A stretch of DNA of 64,000 bases from Clostridiaceae bacterium (GTDB lineage: Bacteria; Bacillota; Clostridia; Saccharofermentanales; DTU023): NCBI GenBank assembly GCA_012838135.1, contig DUPV01000032.1, forward strand, positions 12,591 through 76,590, given 5' to 3'. A model generated the notes under the pieces. It was given only the letters and a program-made list of their open reading frames with translations. It was not told the origin of the DNA and did not search any database. Of this stretch, positions 1-8,462 are shown one piece after another. Each line of letters opens with the position of its first letter. The first letter of the stretch is position 1. The translations under genes were made by a program, and so were the position numbers.

Positions 1-308
1 GTTTTTTACAATCTGTTTGGCAACGCCGCTCCGCATTTTTATTTGTACAAGCTTTAATCGCTTTACTTGTAACAAAATTTCTGGAGGCTGTTTTTAATTT
101 TCTGTTTTTAGTTTTGCAGTATGAAATACCTTTAAAACCACACTATATTGGGAATGATTTTGTGCGAGATTTACCTTTGACAATCGGTGTCAATATGCTA
201 GCGACTATATTGTGGTTTCTGATTTTGCGTTTTCTTCTTCCATATGAAAAACCGAAACAAAGTTCAGAATTTGACAGTTTTTACGATGATACTCGGGAGG
301 TTCTCTAA
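1..308 (+). CDS. 3' part of a small hydrophobic membrane protein, probably rod-shape protein MreD (5' end lies outside the window)
   Basis: Frame 3 is open from the window edge (FLQSVWQRRSAFLFVQALIALLVTKFLEAVFNFLFLV, then LQYEIPLK...) to TAA 306-308. The 114..308 track ORF is therefore only its tail. The sequence is hydrophobic. Its stop abuts the GTG start of the class B PBP gene, the usual mreD-mrdA order. The family call rests on context only. Confidence 0.4.
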   Translation, partial: FLQSVWQRRSAFLFVQALIALLVTKFLEAVFNFLFLVLQYEIPLKPHYIGNDFVRDLPLTIGVNMLATILWFLILRFLLPYEKPKQSSEFDSFYDDTREVL

Positions 309-2609
309 GTGGCACGCTCTGATTTTACTCTGATCAAAAGTAAAACAAGTTCTAATGTTAAAAGATCCGATAATCGGATTTTTAAAAATCGCAATATCTT
401 GATTGGAATCTTTTTTGTTTTAATGTTTTTGATTATTTTTTGGCAAACTACTGAATTGCAATTGAGTTCAGCTGATTCAGATCAAGTTTCGGAAACTTAT
501 GGTAATCGTGCACAAATGCAAGTTGAAGCACCGCGTGGCGATATTTTAGACGGTTCAGGTGAGCCTATTGCATATTCAATAACTCAACCGATGCTCTATC
601 TTAGTAATTCCGGTTTGGAGGGAACGGCACTCAATGACATGTTGCTTGATTTGAGTGAATTAATGCTCGAAAACGGTGTCAAATTGCCGGAAAACCTTGT
701 GAAATATTTTGATTATTCAAGTGACAGTAAAGAAAAAAGAGATAAAAGCAATGCAGAATTTGTGTTTAAAAAAGATTTACAGGAAATTGAAAAATGGCAA
801 CAAAATACAGATCTGTTTGGTCTGAAAAAACCAGAGGACACCAAGAAACCGGCAGAACGAATAATAGCAGAGCCAAACGACTTTTATGAGTATTTGCTTT
901 TTGATAAATTCGGGATTGAGGATCGAGAAGCCGGAGGCGATTATCGCTATACGGTTGATGAGGCTTTTAATATCATTCAAATGCGTTATTTGATCCTCGA
1001 GCATAGTTGGCAATACAGACAGGGACAAGCCATAGAGGTAGGCGGACCGGTTAATCAAAAAATAATCACGACAATAGAAGAGCAAAATCAAAGATATGCC
1101 GGAGTACTGATTGCGGATAAGCCGCAAAGACAATATTCGGAAAACAGTTATCTCTATTCGCATGTCTTAGGTTATACCGGACAAATATCAGAAACAGAGT
1201 ATCAGCAATTAAAAAATCTGAATTACAGTTTAAACGATATTATCGGTAAAAGTGGAGTCGAACTTTCGGCAGAAAGATATTTACACGGAATTCCCGGAAC
1301 AATTCCTTATAGTTATTGGAAAAAAACTGCAGATGGTGAAGAATTTATTAAGGGTACCGGCGGTATTTCACCTCAACCAGGGGCAAATGTACGTTTGACT
1401 TTAGATCAGGATATTCAAAGAGCTATGCTTGAAGCATTTGTTGAATATATGACTGAACTGAGAGATAAAGAGGATGCGGTTCCGGCAAAAGCAGCAGCCG
1501 GAGTCTTACTGAATGTCAAAACCGGGGCTGTGATAGCATTGATATCAATACCGTCGTTTAATCCGCAGGATTTTGCAGTGGCTCAATATGATGCTGAAGC
1601 AGCTGAACGGGTCCGAGAATATTTTTCAGATAATGAAAACAAACCTATGCTAAACCGTGCAATATCCGAAATTTACCATCCTGCATCGACATTTAAACCG
1701 TTTACAGCGATTGCAGCTTTGGAAAATGGTGTTATCTCTGAAACTAACCAAGTCTATAATTGTGCAGGAAAAGAAGAAATCGGACATAGAATTTGGATTT
1801 GTTACGGTGAACCTGAGCGGGGACACGGCAACTTAAATTTGCGTCAAGGGATGGCAACATCTTGCAATTTGTATTTTGCCAAATTGGGTATTGATACGAC
1901 AATAGATAAGCTTTCCCCTGTTTTTAAAAAATTGGGTATGGGCGAATACTCCGGAATTGATTTACCGAATGAAGCTAAAGGCATCCGGCCGAGTAAAGAA
2001 GTTAAGCGTCTTACACGTGCTTTACCGGAAGATCAATTATGGTTCCCGGCGGACACGGCGCAATCCTCAATCGGTCAATTTGATAATGCATATACAATAA
2101 TTCAATTGGCACGAGGAGTCGGTGGTATTGCTACAGGAAAATTAGTTCAACCCCATGTGATCAAAGAAATTACCGGACCGAATGGAGAGATAATAAAACC
2201 GGAGATAATTCAGGTCGAAGATTTAGGTTTTTCCGAATCTTCAATTTATTTAGTAAAAGATGCGATGAACGGTCTGCAACATGATGTTGAATACAGTACA
2301 ACTTATAAAAATTTTCATAATTATCCTTTTGAGTTGGGGATGAAAACCGGTACAGCGGAAGTACAAGACAGTTCAAGTAAAAACATATCAATTGATTCAT
2401 TATTTGTTTGTTTTGCGCCTTTAAGTGATCCGGAAGTTGTTTTCGCCGGAATTGTTGAAGATGCATCACTTGGTGATAGTTTTTCTACAGTTGCAAGAAA
2501 AGTTTTAGATCAATATTTCGGAATTGAATCTCCTGAACCCGCTCCGGAATTTGAATCTCAGGTTGACTCAGAGATTACTCCTGAAAATAATTCTGAAAAT
2601 GAATTTTAG
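309..2609 (+). CDS. mrdA: Class B penicillin-binding protein (PBP2-type peptidoglycan transpeptidase)
   Basis: 766-aa ORF with an N-terminal membrane anchor (ILIGIFFVLMFLIIFW). It has the transpeptidase motifs SxxK (ASTFKPF), SxN (TSCNLYF) and KTG (MKTGTAEV). It follows the mreD-like ORF. Confidence 0.9.
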   Translation: MARSDFTLIKSKTSSNVKRSDNRIFKNRNILIGIFFVLMFLIIFWQTTELQLSSADSDQVSETYGNRAQMQVEAPRGDILDGSGEPIAYSITQPMLYLSNSGLEGTALNDMLLDLSELMLENGVKLPENLVKYFDYSSDSKEKRDKSNAEFVFKKDLQEIEKWQQNTDLFGLKKPEDTKKPAERIIAEPNDFYEYLLFDKFGIEDREAGGDYRYTVDEAFNIIQMRYLILEHSWQYRQGQAIEVGGPVNQKIITTIEEQNQRYAGVLIADKPQRQYSENSYLYSHVLGYTGQISETEYQQLKNLNYSLNDIIGKSGVELSAERYLHGIPGTIPYSYWKKTADGEEFIKGTGGISPQPGANVRLTLDQDIQRAMLEAFVEYMTELRDKEDAVPAKAAAGVLLNVKTGAVIALISIPSFNPQDFAVAQYDAEAAERVREYFSDNENKPMLNRAISEIYHPASTFKPFTAIAALENGVISETNQVYNCAGKEEIGHRIWICYGEPERGHGNLNLRQGMATSCNLYFAKLGIDTTIDKLSPVFKKLGMGEYSGIDLPNEAKGIRPSKEVKRLTRALPEDQLWFPADTAQSSIGQFDNAYTIIQLARGVGGIATGKLVQPHVIKEITGPNGEIIKPEIIQVEDLGFSESSIYLVKDAMNGLQHDVEYSTTYKNFHNYPFELGMKTGTAEVQDSSSKNISIDSLFVCFAPLSDPEVVFAGIVEDASLGDSFSTVARKVLDQYFGIESPEPAPEFESQVDSEITPENNSENEF

Positions 2610-2652
2610 TTTGCACAGCAACCATCTCATAGGTAAATTCAAATAAAAAATC

Positions 2653-2681
2653 TTGAAATAATTGATTTTTTTAGTTATTAT
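2653..2681 (+). promoter_or_regulatory. Sigma-A type promoter candidate for the MGS-like/MBL gene pair
   Basis: TTGAAA (2653-2658), a 17-nt spacer, then TATTAT (2676-2681), about 45 nt upstream of the start codon. Confidence 0.4.
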
Positions 2682-2725
2682 GTATAAGATATATTTTGTT
2701 TTAATTATGATATGAGGAGGTGGCT

Positions 2726-3115
2726 GTGAACATTGTTCTCATCGCAGATACGAGAAAGTATGACTTATTGGTCAATTTCTGTATTGCTTACCGACAAATT
2801 TTGGCACAACATCATTTGATTTCGCTTTTTAATATATCTCGTACAATTCGTGAAAATACGGATTTGATGGTTGAAACACTTACTACCGATATGTCGGCAA
2901 GTATTGAACAACTGGCAGCTAAGGCATATTACAATGAAATAGATGCAGTTGTTTATTTGAGAGACCCGTTGCTTCGTACATATGATACGCCGAATTCTCT
3001 TTTAAAGGCTTGTGATGTAAATAGTATTCCGTTAGCAACTAATGTTGCGACTGCTGAAATATTAATTTTAGCTATTGATCGCGGAGATCTCGATTGGCGT
3101 GAATTAATCCGCTGA
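2726..3115 (+). CDS. Methylglyoxal synthase-like (MGS fold) protein with substituted catalytic residues
   Basis: Collinear with MgsA over its whole length (IVLIA..., VVYLRDPL, CDVNSIPLATNVATAEILI). GGAGG at 2716-2720 favours the GTG at 2726 over the track start at 2720. See the finding on lost catalytic residues. Confidence 0.7.
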   Translation: MNIVLIADTRKYDLLVNFCIAYRQILAQHHLISLFNISRTIRENTDLMVETLTTDMSASIEQLAAKAYYNEIDAVVYLRDPLLRTYDTPNSLLKACDVNSIPLATNVATAEILILAIDRGDLDWRELIR

Positions 3116-3127
3116 TGAGGATTTGAT

Positions 3128-3775
3128 ATGAAAAATAAAATTTCTTATATTCCGGAATCTTGGGATCATGCGAATTCTTATATAATTCATGGATCAAAGG
3201 ATTATTTAATTGACCCTTCAATTGCTTATGATCAAAAAATAGCAGCTAACCTTAATGGTATTATTGCGACTCACTTTCATTATGACCATATCAGTCAAGT
3301 CGAAATTTGGCGTGAAAAAACCGGTTTAGATTTTATGATGCCGGAGGGGGATATTCCATTGCTTACAGATCCGGAGGCTAATTGTTCAATGATGTTCGGT
3401 AAGTCGACTCGATATTCTGCCGCAGACTATTACTATACGGATCAGGAAAAAATCCAGCTTGAACCTGATTTAAGATTGATTATTTACCACACACCGGGGC
3501 ATTGTCCGGGTTGTTCCTGTATCTTATTGCAAATTAAAGAAGATGATGTTTATCAACCTCTGGCATTGATTTCAGGTGATACATTGTTTTCCAACAGTAT
3601 CGGGCGTACTGATCTCAAGGGTGGCAATCCTGATGATATGGAAAAATCGCTTGCCCGATTAACTGGTTTATTGCAAAAATTACCACAAGATTTGCCGGTC
3701 TTACCGGGGCACGGTTCACCGTTTTTAATTAAAGATGCTTTTCGCTTCAATCCTTTTATCAGACAATATTTGTAA
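3128..3775 (+). CDS. MBL-fold metallo-hydrolase (glyoxalase II / hydroxyacylglutathione hydrolase-like)
   Basis: HxHxDH motif (ATHFHYDH), then HTPGH, a downstream D (SGDTLF) and a C-terminal GHG. GAGGA RBS lies before the ATG. Confidence 0.85.
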   Translation: MKNKISYIPESWDHANSYIIHGSKDYLIDPSIAYDQKIAANLNGIIATHFHYDHISQVEIWREKTGLDFMMPEGDIPLLTDPEANCSMMFGKSTRYSAADYYYTDQEKIQLEPDLRLIIYHTPGHCPGCSCILLQIKEDDVYQPLALISGDTLFSNSIGRTDLKGGNPDDMEKSLARLTGLLQKLPQDLPVLPGHGSPFLIKDAFRFNPFIRQYL

Positions 3776-4007
3776 ATAATTCAGCTTTCATGCTTGAATA
3801 TGCTAATATTATCCGAATTATCTGAGCTTATAAAAATTTAAATAATTTTGTCTAATCTGCCGTTAAACATAATTGAATTACGATTAGCTTGTTATTTTTT
3901 TGTATATTTTGTTTTCGAGCTATATTTTTATTATTATGAATTCGGAATTTTTTTCGATAAATGTTATGATATCCAATGTTAATTTATTAGGAAAATATGG
4001 AGGACTT

Positions 4008-5054
4008 ATGGATCAGTTATTATCTGCATTAAGAGCGATTGAAGATAAATTCCGAGCTGATATTGATTCCGTTGTTAAACAACAGGAACTTGAAAACATC
4101 AGGGTTAAATTATTAGGTAAAAAAGGCGAAATAACTTCTATTATGAAAAACATGGGGCGTCTTTCTAATGAAGATAAACCGAAATTGGGTCAAGCTGCCA
4201 ATAAAACACGTCAATTTGTTGAACGAAAAATTACAGAAAAGCAAGCCGAACTAACTGCTAAAGCTGAACAAGCAAAGATTGCAAGTGAAATGATTGATAT
4301 TAGTATGCCGGGTAAAGCAGTTAAAGTAGGTGGCAGTCATCCTCTAACTTTAATGTCGAATGAAATTTGTGATACTTTTATCGGTTTAGGTTATACCATA
4401 GCCGAAGGACCGGATGTGGAACTTGATCTTTTTAATTTTGAAATGTTGCGCTTGCCGAAAGGGCATCCGGCACGTGACGAACAAGATACGTTTTATCTTG
4501 ATTATAAAAACGGTGTTTTGTTAAGATCACAAACTTCTCCGGTGCAAATCAGAGTAATGAATCAGCATAAACCTCCTATTTATATTGTTTGTCCGGGCAG
4601 AGTTTATCGTTCGGATGCTGTAGATGCCACTCATTCACCGATTTTTCATCAGATTGAAGGTCTGGCGGTTGATGAAAATCTCAGCATGACAGATTTGGTT
4701 GCTGCCTTGGAGCTTTTTGCCAGGAGGTTGTTCGGTAAAGAAACCAGGATTCGCTTAAGACCCCATCATTTCCCGTTTACTGAACCAAGTTGTGAAGTAG
4801 ATATTTCTTGTTGGACTTGTGGTGGAGATGATCCGAATTGCAAAACCTGTCGCGGCGAAGGATATATTGAAATTTTAGGCGGCGGTATGGTCCATCCGGA
4901 AGTTTTGGAAAACTGTGGTATTGATTCAAATAAATATACCGGTTTTGCTTTCGGTATCGGTGTAGAACGTGTAGCCATGGGTCGTTATGATGTAACCGAT
5001 ATCAGAAATTTCTATGAAAATGATTTACGTTTCTTAAAACAATTCAGTAAGTGA
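4008..5054 (+). CDS. pheS: Phenylalanine--tRNA ligase alpha subunit
   Basis: Class II aaRS motifs (FPFTEPS, GFAFGIGVERVAM). The protein reads MDQLLSALRAIEDKF... from the ATG at 4008, preceded by GGAGGA. The track start at 3900 adds a non-homologous hydrophobic leader. Confidence 0.93.
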   Translation: MDQLLSALRAIEDKFRADIDSVVKQQELENIRVKLLGKKGEITSIMKNMGRLSNEDKPKLGQAANKTRQFVERKITEKQAELTAKAEQAKIASEMIDISMPGKAVKVGGSHPLTLMSNEICDTFIGLGYTIAEGPDVELDLFNFEMLRLPKGHPARDEQDTFYLDYKNGVLLRSQTSPVQIRVMNQHKPPIYIVCPGRVYRSDAVDATHSPIFHQIEGLAVDENLSMTDLVAALELFARRLFGKETRIRLRPHHFPFTEPSCEVDISCWTCGGDDPNCKTCRGEGYIEILGGGMVHPEVLENCGIDSNKYTGFAFGIGVERVAMGRYDVTDIRNFYENDLRFLKQFSK

Positions 5055-5062
5055 GGTAGAGT

Positions 5063-7522
5063 ATGAAAGCTTCTTTAGAGTGGATTAAAGATTTTGCTGA
5101 ATATCAAGGTAATCTAAATGAATTTGTTGACGGTATGACTATGTCCGGAACCAAGGTAGAATCGGTGGAACACGAAGGCGCCGAGCTGAAAAACATTGTT
5201 GTCGGACATGTTTTAGAAAAAACTCAACATCCGAATGCTGATCGTCTTTCAATTTGTCAGGTTGATGTCGGTACGGATGTTTTGCAAATTATATGCGGTG
5301 CACCGAATGTAGCTGCCGGACAAAAAGTTATTGTAGCTGTACCGGGAGCGGTTTTAGCAGGTGGTTTCAAAATCAAAAAAGCTAAAATGCGTGGTGAAGA
5401 GTCCAATGGTATGATATGTTCAATTGATGAATTAGGATTTTCGATTCATGAATTTCCCGATGCAATATCTGATGGTATTTATGTTTTACCGGATGATGCT
5501 CCGATTGGCGGCAACGCTTTAGATGTTATAGGTATCGGCCAGGAGATCATTGAATTTGAAATAACTTCCAATCGTCCGGATTGTCTGGCAGTAGAAGGAT
5601 TAGCCAGAGAAACTGCAGTTACTTTTGATACAGAATTTGCACCATTAGATAAAAAGCCGAGCAAATTCTCTGATTTAAAATCAGAAGATCTTGCGTCAAT
5701 TGTGGTTGAAGCGCCTGATTTATGTCCTGCTTTTATCGGCAGAGTTGTAACTGATGTAAAAATTGAACCATCACCGATTTGGTTGCAAAAAAGATTAAGA
5801 GCTGCCGGTATGAGACCGATCAACAATATTGTCGATATTACTAACTTTGTTATGCTGAGTTTAGGTCAACCTATGCATGCTTATGACTTGGATTTTCTTA
5901 CGGATCAATCAATTATTGTACGTCGTGCCAAAGAGCAGGAAGAAATGACATTACTAGACGGAACAGAAATTAAAATGAATCCGGCTGATTTGGTAATTGC
6001 AGATACTGCAGGTGCAGTCGGTTTAGCCGGTGTTATGGGAGCCGAAAATTCAGAAGTCAGGGATTCAACCAAAGCAATTTTATTTGAGGCGGCAAATTTC
6101 TCTAAAATTTCAGTACGTAAAACAGCCAAAGATTATAATTTGCGATCAGAAGCTTCACTGCGCTTTGAAAAGGGGTTGCCGGCGCAAAATGCTCAACGTG
6201 CAATGGATTATGCTTGTTATTTAATTGAAGAGTTAAATTGCGGTAAAGTTGCTTGTACTGAAATCAAGGTCGCAGAGCAATATCCTGAACTGCACAAAAT
6301 TAAATATACAGCTCAAGGCATTAACAAATTGACCGGCATTGATTTAAGCATTGAACAAATTAATCAGATTTTAAGCAAATTGGAATTGATTATTGAACCT
6401 ACTGAAATATCCGATATATATTCCGCTACAATTCCTTGTTTCAGAGATGACCTTAAATTAGAAGCTGATTTAGCGGAAGAAGTTGCCAGAATATACGGAT
6501 ATGACAAAATTGAAAGCCGTTTCAGTAAAGGTAATACACCGACTTTAGGCGGTCGCAATGCAAGACAACTTGATATAGAGAAAGTCCGCCGGATTTTAGA
6601 GGCTTGCGGAGCATATGAAGCATATACTTATTCATTTGTTTCACCGACGGATGTTATCAGGCTCGGTTTAAATTCCGATCATGCTTTAAGTCAGCAATTG
6701 ACTATTCTCAATCCGTTGGGCGAAGAGTATTCAAAAATGCGAACTACAATTCTGCCCAGTTTATTACGAGTTATTGAATATAATTCAGCTCATGGTAATT
6801 CCAACGGTATTTTCTATGAATTGGGTAAAACCTATCATCCGCTTAACATATTGCCGGATTATGGTTTGCCGGCTGATTATCCGGATGAACATCTGCCTGA
6901 TGAAAGAGATCATATTACAATTGCTTTATTTGATCAGAATTTAAAAGATAGTTCACAGGGCTATTTTGAACTGAAAGGCATTATGGAAGAACTCTTCCGT
7001 CATCTGGGGATAGCTCGGTTCAAAGTGGTCAGAGCAGGTCACAATTATCCCTATTATCATCCGGGACAGGCAGCATCAATTTATCTGCCGGATTATAACG
7101 AGTCGATAGGAATTATCGGAACTATCCATCCCAGTGTGGCAAAAGAGTTTGAGATTACGCCGAATACTTATATTTTGGATTTGGAGCTTAAACCCTTATT
7201 GCAAGCAAAACGTGAAGAGATTGTTTTCCAAGCATTGCCCAAATATCCTGCTATCAACAGAGACTTGGCATTTGTTATGCCTCAGGAAAACCTGGTATCT
7301 GAGATAGAAACAGAAATTGCCGATTTGGCAGGTGATCTCTTGGAATCAATTAAAATTTTCGATGTTTATCAAGGTGAAGGAATTGCTGAAGATAAAAAGT
7401 CAGTAGCATTTTCCTTAGTATTCAGAGCAGCTGAACGTACCTTAAGCGACCAAGAAATTAACCCGATCATGCAAAAAATAATTACCAAAATGGCGGAAAA
7501 AAACATTATCTTAAGGGGATAA
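5063..7522 (+). CDS. pheT: Phenylalanine--tRNA ligase beta subunit
   Basis: 819 aa. N-terminal tRNA-binding domain (HPNADRLSICQVDVG), B3/4 and B5 regions, and a C-terminal FDX-ACB-like domain. It lies directly downstream of pheS. Confidence 0.95.
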   Translation: MKASLEWIKDFAEYQGNLNEFVDGMTMSGTKVESVEHEGAELKNIVVGHVLEKTQHPNADRLSICQVDVGTDVLQIICGAPNVAAGQKVIVAVPGAVLAGGFKIKKAKMRGEESNGMICSIDELGFSIHEFPDAISDGIYVLPDDAPIGGNALDVIGIGQEIIEFEITSNRPDCLAVEGLARETAVTFDTEFAPLDKKPSKFSDLKSEDLASIVVEAPDLCPAFIGRVVTDVKIEPSPIWLQKRLRAAGMRPINNIVDITNFVMLSLGQPMHAYDLDFLTDQSIIVRRAKEQEEMTLLDGTEIKMNPADLVIADTAGAVGLAGVMGAENSEVRDSTKAILFEAANFSKISVRKTAKDYNLRSEASLRFEKGLPAQNAQRAMDYACYLIEELNCGKVACTEIKVAEQYPELHKIKYTAQGINKLTGIDLSIEQINQILSKLELIIEPTEISDIYSATIPCFRDDLKLEADLAEEVARIYGYDKIESRFSKGNTPTLGGRNARQLDIEKVRRILEACGAYEAYTYSFVSPTDVIRLGLNSDHALSQQLTILNPLGEEYSKMRTTILPSLLRVIEYNSAHGNSNGIFYELGKTYHPLNILPDYGLPADYPDEHLPDERDHITIALFDQNLKDSSQGYFELKGIMEELFRHLGIARFKVVRAGHNYPYYHPGQAASIYLPDYNESIGIIGTIHPSVAKEFEITPNTYILDLELKPLLQAKREEIVFQALPKYPAINRDLAFVMPQENLVSEIETEIADLAGDLLESIKIFDVYQGEGIAEDKKSVAFSLVFRAAERTLSDQEINPIMQKIITKMAEKNIILRG

Positions 7523-7559
7523 AACTTAGATAATAAGAGAGCAAAGAAAATCAGAGAAT

Positions 7560-7821
7560 GCTCAGAATTTTTAGCTGTGCAAATTTTGCCCGGCAAAACC
7601 GGTTTTATTAAAGTACATGCACACAATTTAAGGTTGTACCGTAGAATTGCTGCACAAACTTAAAAAGTGTGCATATGCACCTCGATAAAGCCGGTTTTAT
7701 TAAAGTACATGCACACAATTTAAAGTTGTACCGTAGAATTGCTGCACAAACTTAAATTGTGTACAAGTCTAAATAAGGAAAACAAATTTCTGCTCAGAAT
7801 CTTAAGCTGTGCCAATTTTGC
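7560..7821. repeat. 30-nt direct repeat pair (7560-7589 and 7792-7821) bracketing the tandem hairpin elements
   Basis: gctcagaatttttagctgtgcaaattttgc versus gctcagaatcttaagctgtgccaattttgc match at 27/30 positions in the same orientation, one on each side of the two 66-nt units. Confidence 0.75.
7599..7756. repeat. Two tandem copies of a 66-nt element (period 92 nt), each able to form a long imperfect hairpin
   Basis: 7599-7664 and 7691-7756 are identical except for one G/A difference (ccggttttattaaagtacatgcacacaatttaa[g/a]gttgtaccgtagaattgctgcacaaacttaaa). The arm atgcacacaatttaa (7617-7631 and 7709-7723) pairs with 7660-7674 and 7752-7766 at about 13/15 bp. Confidence 0.85.
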
Positions 7822-8135
7822 TTTGCAAGCAGTGACTTTTGAGTAAATGTTGAAAAAAGAAAACCTTTTTGGGGGATCTTTTTTTACAATATTTGCTAAA
7901 TTTACTAATAATGTTAGTGTTTCTCAAAATAAACGGAGCATATTCATTCTATTAATTATTATAATTAATCAAGTTATATTAAATATATATTTAATTCATT
8001 TACTAATAATCTAATCACATCTCATTCATCTAATTTCATCATATTTTATATCGTGATTTATCAAATCAAATTCATATGACTTATCTGAGAACAATTGAAA
8101 AACCTTAAGCACTTTTTGTAATAAGGAGGATTTCT

Positions 8136-8423
8136 ATGTTAAGTATAGAAGCATTTTTATGTGTTCCTTTATGTATGACCATTTTTGCTCAAGCAATTTT
8201 TTATGTGAAACCGATCGAGTTGAGAATAGAACAACAAGCAAAAATTATTGCAACAGATCGTATTGCAGAATCGAAGAACCAACCATTATATAAACTTAAT
8301 TACAAAAACGAGGTTGTTCATTTGCAGGTTAATCCGCAAAAAGTAAAAGAATTATTATCGTTGGGATTAGACATTAAAAATAATTTGGGGAATCAGAATG
8401 AAATACATTCTGCTGAACAATAG
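8136..8423 (+). CDS. Hypothetical small membrane protein with a TadE-like N-terminal hydrophobic segment
   Basis: AAGGAGGA RBS 7 nt upstream of the ATG. The N-terminus MLSIEAFLCVPLCMTIFAQAIF resembles the VEFAL-x-x-P-hydrophobic pseudopilin pattern. No other motif was recognised. Confidence 0.5.
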   Translation: MLSIEAFLCVPLCMTIFAQAIFYVKPIELRIEQQAKIIATDRIAESKNQPLYKLNYKNEVVHLQVNPQKVKELLSLGLDIKNNLGNQNEIHSAEQ

Positions 8424-8462
8424 GATGATTTAATAATGATAAAACAGGGTAGGTGGATAAAT

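Noticed and set aside
777-1163. Antisense or overlapping track ORFs inside strongly supported genes. Examples: 777..1163, 2170..2469, 5479..5826, 12354..12605, 24990..25316, 26436..26777, 27978..28262, 29428..29748, 49897..50235, 52320..52775, 57983..58357, 61385..61678, 62016..62297, 62987..63307.
   Set aside because: Each lies opposite or out of frame within a gene that has clear family motifs. Their translations are low-complexity and lack RBSs. They are typical shadow ORFs.
3900-4007. Upstream extension of pheS given by the ORF track (MYILFSSYIFIIMNSEFF...)
   Set aside because: The extension is not homologous to PheS. The homologous sequence starts at ATG 4008 behind GGAGGA.
7599-7756. 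Possible CRISPR array
   Set aside because: There are only two repeat copies. The repeats are 66 nt with a 26-nt spacer, and no cas genes are present in the window. It is reported as a tandem hairpin repeat instead.
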